A stretch of DNA of 35,970 nt from Mollicutes bacterium (GTDB lineage: Bacteria > Bacillota_I > Bacilli_A > RF39 > UBA660), in the NCBI GenBank assembly GCA_012513875.1, contig JAAZBI010000099.1:1-35970 (forward strand), given 5' to 3'. Shown one piece after another: positions 24,730 through 32,491 of this stretch. Below the pieces are notes generated by a model. It did no database searches. It saw only the letters and a list, made by a program, of their open reading frames with translations, and was not told the DNA's origin. The translations under genes were made by a program, and so were the position numbers. The stretch's first letter is position 1; the number at the start of each line of letters is the position of its first letter.

Positions 24730-24906
24730 TTAATCGTTCTTTTCATCATCACTGTTATTATTATCCTCCTCTTTATCAAGAAGAGGCGTTGTTAATACTT
24801 TTTTCTTGTCTAACAATGGGTCTTTTATTATTCCGGCCCGGATACCATCTTCTGTCGTCACCGGCTTCCCGGAGACTATATGCCCAGTGAATATCTTTTT
24901 ATCCAT
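24730..24906 (-). CDS. Small acidic-tailed hypothetical protein (58 aa)
   Basis: I prefer the start MDKKIF at 24906, which gives an ATGGATAA overlap with the upstream stop. Confidence 0.4.
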   Translation of the reverse strand: MDKKIFTGHIVSGKPVTTEDGIRAGIIKDPLLDKKKVLTTPLLDKEEDNNNSDDEKND

Positions 24907-25195
24907 GGAACACATATTTAAGCCATGCAAATCGCCTCCTTGTCAGTAAGTATTCTTTATCCTTCTCATGGGAATAGGCTTCTCTTTCAAATGAGATATT
25001 GTAATAAGACTTTCTCCCATAAATAAATAATTTGACCACCCATTCCAGTAAATACCATATATAGAAAAACAAGGCAAGCATTTCTTTTTGTTGCTCCCAA
25101 TGGATGCATTCATGATTGATAGTAGTTGGGGATCCATGCCCTGCTTTGATATATATACTGATAGGGTATAGTGATATTGCAACAATTTTTTTCAT
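24899..25195 (-). CDS. Small HExxH-motif protein with a hydrophobic segment (putative metallopeptidase-like)
   Basis: I prefer the start MKKIVAISL at 25195, just downstream of the upstream gene's stop at 25203. The motif NHECIHWEQQKE (HExxH..QQ) is followed by a TM-like LALFFYIWYLLEWVVKLFIY and then FEREAY. Confidence 0.4.
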   Translation of the reverse strand: MKKIVAISLYPISIYIKAGHGSPTTINHECIHWEQQKEMLALFFYIWYLLEWVVKLFIYGRKSYYNISFEREAYSHEKDKEYLLTRRRFAWLKYVFHG

Positions 25196-25202
25196 TATTA
25201 TT

Positions 25203-25679
25203 TTAAATATTGGTCCGGGTTCTTTTATTCCCATTGCGATATTTATTCCTTGATTCATCCCTGTCACGGGCAAAATCAAGATCATTAACAAAACATTCAT
25301 TGGGGTAAGGAATTATTATACGTAATTCGATTTCCGCATCACACCGGACCCGAAATATATAATCCCAAAACTCCTTATTGTCAAGAGTAGCTGTCGAATC
25401 CACTCCTGCTGTAAATTCATAGGTCCCTGATAAAGGATCATAAACAAAGTCCCATCGGAAGTTGTATTTTATTTTATATCCTTCGTGGCATTCCTCAATA
25501 GGTTGTCCTGTCTCATCGGATATTATTTTCATTATGACACCCCAGTAATACGAATTGGCATCAAGAGATCTGTAAGGATAAATGTCCTGCAGTGCAAATT
25601 TGAACGGCAACCGCATTTTATTTATCATCTCAGTAAGATCGAGAGCTTGCTTTTTATTCCTGATAACCCCGAAATGCAT
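25203..25679 (-). CDS. NinB/Orf-family recombination mediator candidate
   Basis: 158 aa. RSLDANSYYWGVI compares with lambda NinB RSLDQNRKLWACL. Later, STATLDNKEFWDYI compares with STSRMRVGEFAELL. The comparison is with the lambda sequence recalled from memory. Confidence 0.5.
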   Translation of the reverse strand: MHFGVIRNKKQALDLTEMINKMRLPFKFALQDIYPYRSLDANSYYWGVIMKIISDETGQPIEECHEGYKIKYNFRWDFVYDPLSGTYEFTAGVDSTATLDNKEFWDYIFRVRCDAEIELRIIIPYPNECFVNDLDFARDRDESRNKYRNGNKRTRTNI

Positions 25680-25681
25680 TT

Positions 25682-26230
25682 CTATTCTATTTTGAGCTCT
25701 TTTATTTCTTCAGGATTAATTGCTTTTATAATATCCAGACAGGACATACCGTGAAAAGAGACTGTATCAAAGTTTACAATCTTCCTTTCACCTCTTATGG
25801 TGCAGATCCATTCGTCTTCCCCTTTTATACGTTGTTGGCCTTTGAGTTTGATAGTAGCCCTTAGAGGTTTAAGTATTGGACCTGGCTCTTGTATGGGGCC
25901 CAATATCTTATTATTAGTCTCCTTCCGTACTATCAAACCGCTCGTAAATCTATCCGTAAAAGACTGTGAATAAGAAATAATCAATTCTCTTTCTGCCAGG
26001 TAGCGAATTAAGTCCTCATATTCTTCCTGTGTCAATTCCGAAGAATTCTGAAGTCTCATATTCATTCCTTCTCGATATCCTTCTTCATATCCTAATTTCT
26101 TGCCAGCAGTAAAGTCTGGGGATTCTTTTTGTGCTCCAATCCCTTTTTTGTTATTGGAAGAGCCCATCATGCAAGTTACTGCCCCGCTTATTGCGCCAAT
26201 TATACCACCCATAGCTATACTCATGATCAT
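25682..26230 (-). CDS. Hypothetical protein with an N-terminal glycine-zipper membrane segment
   Basis: 182 aa. The N-terminus is MSIAMGGIIGAISGAVTCMMG (GxxxG-type). Its ATG overlaps the SSB stop (ATGA). Confidence 0.5.
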   Translation of the reverse strand: MIMSIAMGGIIGAISGAVTCMMGSSNNKKGIGAQKESPDFTAGKKLGYEEGYREGMNMRLQNSSELTQEEYEDLIRYLAERELIISYSQSFTDRFTSGLIVRKETNNKILGPIQEPGPILKPLRATIKLKGQQRIKGEDEWICTIRGERKIVNFDTVSFHGMSCLDIIKAINPEEIKELKIE

Positions 26231-26613
26231 ATATCTGTTAATTCATCATAAGAAGGGTCATTTTCAACCGGGGGACGTGCTCCCCGATTAGTAATAAACT
26301 CATGCATCTGCACATAGCTTCTATATTTCTTCTGATCGGTATTCGGATCAGTCCATGAGTCAACAAAGAGATGGCCCTGTATTGTTACATTAGTCCCTTT
26401 TTGGATAAACTTTTCAACCTTACGGGCAAGGTTTCCCCAGCATGTAATGTTATGCCATGTAGTTTTGTCAATCCAGTTTCCGGAACGGTCTTTATAACCA
26501 TCATTAGTTGCCATGACGAAATTAGCAACGATAGTTCCGTTATCATTATACTTTATCTCGGGATCTTTCCCTACATTCCCGATTAGCAATACGAAGTTGT
26601 TTAATATACCCAT
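26227..26613 (-). CDS. ssb: Single-stranded DNA-binding protein
   Basis: 128 aa with an OB-fold SSB pattern: NNFVLLIGNVGKDPEIKY...GTIVANFVMATND...W...TTWHNITCWGNLARKVEKFIQKGTNVTIQGHL. The C-terminal tail is acidic. Confidence 0.88.
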   Translation of the reverse strand: MGILNNFVLLIGNVGKDPEIKYNDNGTIVANFVMATNDGYKDRSGNWIDKTTWHNITCWGNLARKVEKFIQKGTNVTIQGHLFVDSWTDPNTDQKKYRSYVQMHEFITNRGARPPVENDPSYDELTDI

Positions 26614-26617
26614 AACT

Positions 26618-27091
26618 TTATTCTATTAAGAGATTAACATTAATGTTGAGAATTATATCTACGAATTGAGGCTCTTTGTCAGAGTCTTTTTGTATGTTCA
26701 CCTTTACCTTCTTGGTTATTGTCTGTTTAGGCCGCTCAGGTTTGTTCGGTTCGTCAGGAGGGCAATAAGTAACCTTGGCCAGATCGGCATAGATATTGTC
26801 CTTTGATGAGACATCTTCTTTTTCAGGTTCAATATCCGGGACCATACAGTCAGGTTCTATCCTCCTCTTCTTGAGTCCCCATCCCCTTATTGTCAATCCA
26901 CTATCGACCCATTCATGTAGTATATCCCAAGTAGCTTTTGATACATAATCATAATAAATTTCCTTTTTGATCATGCTCAAATTAGTTGATTTGACACCCA
27001 GGTATGCACCAGCTTCCCTTAACAGGAGCCTTTCATCAGAAATCGCTTTTGTGACTTTTTCTGCCACTCTTTCTTTTGTTACTTTGTTCAT
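26618..27091 (-). CDS. Hypothetical protein with a possible HTH (LLLREAGAYLGVKSTNLSMIKK)
   Basis: 157 aa. It overlaps the upstream ORF by 56 nt. Confidence 0.45.
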   Translation of the reverse strand: MNKVTKERVAEKVTKAISDERLLLREAGAYLGVKSTNLSMIKKEIYYDYVSKATWDILHEWVDSGLTIRGWGLKKRRIEPDCMVPDIEPEKEDVSSKDNIYADLAKVTYCPPDEPNKPERPKQTITKKVKVNIQKDSDKEPQFVDIILNINVNLLIE

Positions 27092-27443
27092 GATTATTCT
27101 CTTTTCTTAATTGTTCCTGATTATACTGTTCCTGAATGGTCTGATTACTGGTAACAATAGCAATAGAGGCCCTGAGTAGTTGCATGTAATTCATGTTGTG
27201 AAACATCCCCCTTGCGCTCCAGTAATTGATTTCCATTCTTGTTAGAGCACTTATCCCTCCTCTGTTGTCTTTGAGTATATAATAAGTCCTGTTGTCCCTT
27301 AGATTGCGAAATTTTGCCCTTTTGATAGCTTTATCAATCTGCTTGGCTTCACGTCTCAGGTTCCAGTTACCGATAAGCTCTTTTCGGTAATCATGGTAGT
27401 CAATTTTTATCCTCTTAAGGAGGTCTGTGAAAATATTTGCCAT
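27036..27443 (-). CDS. Hypothetical protein (135 aa)
   Basis: It is a tightly packed ORF with a basic C-terminal tail. Confidence 0.45.
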   Translation of the reverse strand: MANIFTDLLKRIKIDYHDYRKELIGNWNLRREAKQIDKAIKRAKFRNLRDNRTYYILKDNRGGISALTRMEINYWSARGMFHNMNYMQLLRASIAIVTSNQTIQEQYNQEQLRKENNHEQSNKRKSGRKSHKSDF

Positions 27444-27448
27444 AACTA

Positions 27449-27691
27449 TTATATTAAGTGTTTAATCTCATTCAATATCTTTTTGTCTCCTGTATATGCC
27501 ACAAGAGCATCATTTACCCCTTTTTTATGAATTATCTTTTTCTCTTTGAACAATTCATTTAGAGCTGTATTAACTTCGTTTATCCCTTTATTCAGATCCT
27601 TCGCTAACTGTATCCTCTGGACAAAGGGCCATCGGGTAATCTTGTACTGCTCTATCAGGTAATTAATAATATCTTGTTTGAGTTCTGCCAT
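27449..27691 (-). CDS. Small hypothetical protein, possibly a winged-helix DNA-binding protein
   Basis: 80 aa, located 1 nt downstream of the methyltransferase stop. Confidence 0.4.
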   Translation of the reverse strand: MAELKQDIINYLIEQYKITRWPFVQRIQLAKDLNKGINEVNTALNELFKEKKIIHKKGVNDALVAYTGDKKILNEIKHLI

Positions 27692-27692
27692 A

Positions 27693-28454
27693 TTAACAAA
27701 ATAACCTTATCTGTAATTTATGGTTCTTGAATCTCTTCATCGCTGCATCATAATAATCCTTATCAATCTCGCAACAGACAAACTCTTGTATGCCAAAATC
27801 ATAAGCTGCTATAGCTGATGAGCCACTGCCTAAATGGGTATCAATGATTCTAAAGTTGGGCTTGGCATAGTTTTTTAAGAGCCATTTATAAAGATTAATA
27901 GGCTTATGAGTTGGGTGTATTCTTTTCTCATTAAGCTTTTTATTCCCCTGTTGGACGGTAGGTTCTTTTAGTGATTTAGCCTGACACATTCCCGTCCATA
28001 AATATTGAAATTCCACCTCATAATCTATGAAACTGCAGTAAGCGTATTCATATCTATTAAAACTCATGCCTTTTGGAACAAGTTTGTCCCATTTAATTCT
28101 ACCCGACCCAATATTCTTTAAGTTAAAATAGTTTATCCCCCAAATAATTTGGTGATTACTAATACGAAATAATTCATCAAAATATTCTTGTGTCGGTGGC
28201 GTCTTATCCCAACTACCGTATTTGTATTTAAGTTTTTTTACCCTCAATATACTACCGTTTTTTTGCCTACATGGTATATTCTCCTCCTGTGTATATGCCA
28301 TACGTGCAACATCTATTCCATACGGTGGGTCAACACAAGAAAGGTCTGCCCATTTATCGGGAAGTTGAGACATTAAATCCATACAATCCATCTGATATAA
28401 ATGAATATTGCCCGAATGATATTCCTGCTTTGCACCTATAATTTTTGGAACCAT
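27693..28454 (-). CDS. Site-specific DNA methyltransferase (N6-adenine/N4-cytosine, beta-class)
   Basis: 253 aa. The motifs are CVDPPYGID (motif IV), HPTHKP, and IDTHLGSGSSAIAA (motif I). Confidence 0.85.
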   Translation of the reverse strand: MVPKIIGAKQEYHSGNIHLYQMDCMDLMSQLPDKWADLSCVDPPYGIDVARMAYTQEENIPCRQKNGSILRVKKLKYKYGSWDKTPPTQEYFDELFRISNHQIIWGINYFNLKNIGSGRIKWDKLVPKGMSFNRYEYAYCSFIDYEVEFQYLWTGMCQAKSLKEPTVQQGNKKLNEKRIHPTHKPINLYKWLLKNYAKPNFRIIDTHLGSGSSAIAAYDFGIQEFVCCEIDKDYYDAAMKRFKNHKLQIRLFC

Positions 28455-29014
28455 TGCCTGTCTCTTATGAAATCATTAAAATATCTTGCACTTGTTTTAA
28501 AAGGAATCCAATCAGGTTTTAAATACCTATTAACGGTTGCAACGGCTAAATTTAATTGCCTTGCAATTTCAGATTGATTTTTAATTGTTTTGTATAACTC
28601 GATGCACTTCTTATAATCGCTTATCCCCTTCTCATCATAATAATTACCCCTTAGTGAGTCAGCTCTAATATTAATTGTAGAAGGCATTTCATTACCTAAT
28701 ATATAACCGATTTTCATTGTATCTAAACAAACAAGGGCAAATATATCACAATCATTATTTATTTTTTTATTGCTCTTCCCATGTAACTTAATACTAAATA
28801 TATAAGCCAGACTATCCTTATTCCTTTGTGGTATCTTTCGGGGCTTCTTAGTTGTTTTCACCTGTACCCTCAAAAGTTTATTCCCTGTATCTAAAAGAAC
28901 ATCATACGGAAGCCCTTGTTCTGACGGAAAGGCAACAAAACCCTTTAATATTAAATCAGCACAGACTAAATACTCTCCAGCCTTACCTACCTGTAATTCA
29001 TTACTTGTTCTCAT
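28436..29014 (-). CDS. PD-(D/E)XK-family endonuclease with a C-terminal HTH (homing-endonuclease-like)
   Basis: 192 aa. GKAGEYLVCADLILKG ... YDVLLD ... LLRVQVKTT gives an E / D / QxK nuclease core, as in the family that contains I-Ssp6803I. The C-terminal HTH is SEIARQLNLAVATVNRYL. It overlaps the methyltransferase start by 19 nt. Confidence 0.6.
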   Translation of the reverse strand: MRTSNELQVGKAGEYLVCADLILKGFVAFPSEQGLPYDVLLDTGNKLLRVQVKTTKKPRKIPQRNKDSLAYIFSIKLHGKSNKKINNDCDIFALVCLDTMKIGYILGNEMPSTINIRADSLRGNYYDEKGISDYKKCIELYKTIKNQSEIARQLNLAVATVNRYLKPDWIPFKTSARYFNDFIRDRQWFQKL

Positions 29015-29029
29015 ATTAAATCTTTTTCA

Positions 29030-29037
29030 CAAAGATA
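29030..29037 (-). promoter_or_regulatory. Possible Bacteroidota-type -7 box (TATCTTTG on the minus strand) upstream of the endonuclease gene
   Basis: It fits TAnnTTTG and sits 15 nt upstream of the ATG at 29014. Caveat: the same gap can also be read as a 29-aa sORF (29016-29105) that ends 1 nt before that ATG. Confidence 0.35.
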
Positions 29038-29128
29038 ATAAAATACTTTGGTATTACAATAGCCAAATCGAAGTACTTATCCGGCCTATTACGCATGTAT
29101 TCCATGCAATCGATATTTATAAATTCTA

Positions 29129-31129
29129 TCATATACTTGCCTCCGATATTATTTTTTTACTTAATGAACTTTGTGAATAGCCAATGTATTTAGGAAGAGG
29201 TAGGTATTTGAAGCAAGCCCAAAGACCTATTGCTGTAGCCATAACTATATCATCATGGCACCCACTGACAGCCCCCATTGATCCGTCTGGTTTAATCTCG
29301 TATGTATCCATCTCATCACATGCCCGGGAATCTTTTTCAATATATGCATCATCCCTAATAGCGGCATTGAGGATATCAATAACCATCGGTTTTGTTGATA
29401 CGGTTGTCTGGAATCCATACTTAATAGGCAGCCCTTGTCGTACTTTTTCTGGATCTGTCCTTGCATATATGTTTGGATAATAAAGTACTATTTCATCAAG
29501 GATAGTAAGGAAATGAGTCCCTTCTGTTTCAGCATCTTTATCTAAAGAGTTTGATTCAATAATAAGCAGCCCTTTATTATACCAATGTGCTATTTGGGCA
29601 GCTTTCCAGGCAACTAAATCCTGGTCCAGGTGGCCCCTCCATGTAGCAACCACCTCAGGCTCTCCTCCGTACATCATCCAGTACCTATCAATAACCTTTA
29701 TTATTGAATAGTCTGCTTTATGGGTCCTCCCTCCTATATCTACAGATATAACATATCGGTCTGATACATTTGTTGTCTTGTCTGGTTTACTCCATACATA
29801 TAGGGCCCCCTTTGAATTAGGCATAAACTCAATTCTCTCAAAGGCTTCTTTCCCTTTTTGTGATTTAGCAGATATCTCCCCGATAAATTCCGGAGCAGTA
29901 CAATTCATTCTTGCTCTAAGAACGTATTTCAGGCTAAATACCCTCATGTCAGAACTGCTAAATGCCTCCTGTGCGGTGCTGGGGAATTCGGAGTTCATTC
30001 TCCAATCATCATAATTCTTCCCTATTTTAAAACTCAAATACCAATTAATCCCTTCCAGGGTGGCTCCCGATCCCCATAAGAATAAGACATATTCATCCTC
30101 AAAATGGTCTTTTATGAATTGTGTGTAGCTTCTAATCTTTTTTTGGTACCTGGGTATCTCAAACCATGGAATGAATATAGGTGTATATGAGCTCTTCCCT
30201 TCTATGGCAGTCAGCCATTCTCTGTGGAAGAAGTTACCAACACCTTTGGCAGTTGATTCAAGTACTTCGAGGGAATAAGGAACATCAGGGATAGCCGCCC
30301 TGGTGCTTTGAACAAGATCCTCAGGAGATCGTTGAAGAGTTGTTTTGAAAGAACCTACTTCGGACAGATGGCACATAGCAAAGTCAAACGAACGAAGATT
30401 CTCCGGTTTCTGAGCTGACCCTACTCCAACTATACAATTACGTCCAACAATCATCCGGTTCTTGGCTGATCCCTCAAAAGGCACAAATTCAACTTTATCA
30501 AATATGGCCGGATATTCTTTTGCGAATCGAGAATACATACTCCGGATATTACGGGCCTGATCTTCTACGTCAGCAATAATAACTGAGTGCCAGTTTTTTT
30601 TATGGATAACCTGTATCCATCCCATATAAATCTGGACGAGTGTAGATCCTCCCCACTGCCTTGCTTTTAAGATTATAGCCCTAATGGGTGCCCCCTCACA
30701 ACGCATCTTCTCAAGTTTCGCAAGGGTTTTCCGTTGTGGCTTATTCAGCTTAAAAGGGATTACCCTTTTTGTGGATTTATCCTGTATCCTTGCTGTGAGG
30801 TATGCCCAGAACTCAAAGTCATATTTAAACCGGAGGGTGGTTAGTTCATTGATAAACTTTGATATATTCAGAGGTGCCGGTCTCATGCCCCGGCTCCTTA
30901 GAAGATCTTCGACAGATCCCTGTTTTACTAGTTCATCAAACAGAGTTTGATTATCCTTATACATTGGGACAGGAATCGAGTAGGACCAGAACTGGCCACT
31001 TCCAAAATAGGTTATATGAACCCTTTCGAGAGGAGATCCATTCCCCGTAATAGGGTTATAAGGAGATTCCAATTCCGCTTTCCGCTTCCCGTTCTCCTTG
31101 ATGATCGTGTTGATCTCTTTGTCGGTCAC
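29129..31129 (-). CDS. terL: Terminase large subunit
   Basis: 666 aa. It has a Walker-A-like LKARQWGGSTLV, a Walker-B-like SVIIADVED, the nuclease-domain motif VISVDIGGRTHKADYSIIKV, and a C-terminal GCHDDIVMATA. The GTG start directly abuts the upstream TAA. Confidence 0.85.
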   Translation of the reverse strand: MTDKEINTIIKENGKRKAELESPYNPITGNGSPLERVHITYFGSGQFWSYSIPVPMYKDNQTLFDELVKQGSVEDLLRSRGMRPAPLNISKFINELTTLRFKYDFEFWAYLTARIQDKSTKRVIPFKLNKPQRKTLAKLEKMRCEGAPIRAIILKARQWGGSTLVQIYMGWIQVIHKKNWHSVIIADVEDQARNIRSMYSRFAKEYPAIFDKVEFVPFEGSAKNRMIVGRNCIVGVGSAQKPENLRSFDFAMCHLSEVGSFKTTLQRSPEDLVQSTRAAIPDVPYSLEVLESTAKGVGNFFHREWLTAIEGKSSYTPIFIPWFEIPRYQKKIRSYTQFIKDHFEDEYVLFLWGSGATLEGINWYLSFKIGKNYDDWRMNSEFPSTAQEAFSSSDMRVFSLKYVLRARMNCTAPEFIGEISAKSQKGKEAFERIEFMPNSKGALYVWSKPDKTTNVSDRYVISVDIGGRTHKADYSIIKVIDRYWMMYGGEPEVVATWRGHLDQDLVAWKAAQIAHWYNKGLLIIESNSLDKDAETEGTHFLTILDEIVLYYPNIYARTDPEKVRQGLPIKYGFQTTVSTKPMVIDILNAAIRDDAYIEKDSRACDEMDTYEIKPDGSMGAVSGCHDDIVMATAIGLWACFKYLPLPKYIGYSQSSLSKKIISEASI

Positions 31130-31342
31130 TTACCTATTGTTCTTAGTCTTTCTTAATTCTTTCCGTATGACAGATTGGACATGTTCGGTTGACCATTTTA
31201 GTCTATCAGCAATAATCTCATATATCCGTCTCTTTAGAAAATAGGGGGCAATCTCCTCCCCTAACTCGGTAATCACTTTATCGTATTCTATCATAATATC
31301 CTCATGTCTCTCATCAGCCCGGGTGATTCGCTTATGAGTCAT
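31130..31342 (-). CDS. Small protein translationally coupled to terL (possible small terminase or DNA-binding protein)
   Basis: 70 aa. Its stop TAA is immediately followed by the terL GTG. Confidence 0.35.
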   Translation of the reverse strand: MTHKRITRADERHEDIMIEYDKVITELGEEIAPYFLKRRIYEIIADRLKWSTEHVQSVIRKELRKTKNNR

Positions 31343-31349
31343 AGATACG

Positions 31350-31357
31350 TATTTTTG
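31350..31357 (+). promoter_or_regulatory. TAnnTTTG-type box (TATTTTTG) in the divergent control region
   Basis: It is an exact consensus fit on the plus strand, but it lies 123 nt upstream of the scaffold ATG. An imperfect TATTTTG also lies at 31426-31432. Confidence 0.3.
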
Positions 31358-31479
31358 AACGTAAATATACGTTTAATAAACAACTTTCAGGAGTTAATAA
31401 ACATACAGTTTACTAACATATTACATATTTTGCAGCTATTATAGATACGAACATTCGTCAGTATTAAATTGGAAATGTT

Positions 31480-32427
31480 ATGGATGAAGAAAAAAAAGAA
31501 ACAATTGTTCCTGGAGAAGGAGAACCCTTAGAGGAACAGAAAGTTACTCCTGATGAAGCTGCAGTTCCTGACCCCCCTGCTGAACCTGAAAAAGAAGAGC
31601 AGGAAGAGACAGAAACACCTGAAGAAGAAGAAGAAGGAACGGAAGAAACTGGATCCGGAGAAACACTACCTGCCGAAGGCGAAGAGCCTCCAACAGCCCA
31701 TAAGTATGCAGACAGGCTTACAAAAGCTTTCCCTGATCGTGAATTTAAAAGCGATGAAGATTACGAGAAGGGGATGGATGAATACTTACAGGAGCTGGAA
31801 GGCTACAAAGAGAGGGGGACCATGGCCAACCAGAAACTCATTAGCCTCTTTGAATCGGAACCCCAGGTCGGAGATGTTGTCAGGGACATGATCAATGGAG
31901 CTACTTTCCGTGAAGCCCTGGCCCGTCATATATCCCCGGAAGATTTAACAGCTATTGAAGGAGATCCGGATTATGAAGGATGGAATAAGCGCAAAGCAGA
32001 GAGGGAAGAACTACTGAAAAAGCGCAATGCAAAAAAAGAAGAGTACGACAAGAACCTTGAATTTACTGCCAAAGCCATAGATGAATTTGCCAAAGAAAAC
32101 AACATGGATGATGAGGCTGCAGCTAAATTCCTGGGACGGTTTGATGCTATGCTCGCTGATATAAATAGCGGGAAGATAAGCAAGGAGATGCTAATGACCA
32201 TGAAAAGAGCATGGGATTACGATAACGATATCGCTACGGCTAGGACACAAGGTGAGGTAGCCGGGACAAATAAAAAGATAGTTGCACAAAAGGAAAAGGC
32301 AAGTAAAGTTAAAGGAGATGGGCTTCCAAAAATTGGAGGGACATCAGAAGTTCCTGCAGCCAATAACCCTGCCCCGTCATATATAGACAGCCTTTTGGAA
32401 AGAACCAATAAAAAAAGAGCCTTATAA
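31480..32427 (+). CDS. Scaffolding-like protein
   Basis: 315 aa. It has a highly acidic E/P/T-rich N-terminus, a helical charged body and a basic C-terminus, and sits directly upstream of the capsid gene. Confidence 0.55.
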   Translation: MDEEKKETIVPGEGEPLEEQKVTPDEAAVPDPPAEPEKEEQEETETPEEEEEGTEETGSGETLPAEGEEPPTAHKYADRLTKAFPDREFKSDEDYEKGMDEYLQELEGYKERGTMANQKLISLFESEPQVGDVVRDMINGATFREALARHISPEDLTAIEGDPDYEGWNKRKAEREELLKKRNAKKEEYDKNLEFTAKAIDEFAKENNMDDEAAAKFLGRFDAMLADINSGKISKEMLMTMKRAWDYDNDIATARTQGEVAGTNKKIVAQKEKASKVKGDGLPKIGGTSEVPAANNPAPSYIDSLLERTNKKRAL

Positions 32428-32491
32428 AAAAATGGGTGCGAAGCCTCGGGGGACTGCCCAGAGGGCCCTTGTTAGAGGAATATTAATAATC

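Noticed and set aside
24471-25300. The longest-ORF starts given by the track for three small minus-strand genes (24779, 24930 and 25300).
   Set aside because: These starts would overlap the upstream genes by 25-100 nt. Internal ATGs at 24728, 24906 and 25195 give the short overlaps or 1-8-nt spacings seen throughout this block, so I trimmed the models. The choice is still uncertain.
31553-31891. A 112-aa lysine-rich ORF overlapping the scaffold gene in another frame.
   Set aside because: It arises from reading the GAA/GAG-rich acidic N-terminal region of the scaffold gene out of frame (GAAGAA read as AAG AAG). It has no independent support.
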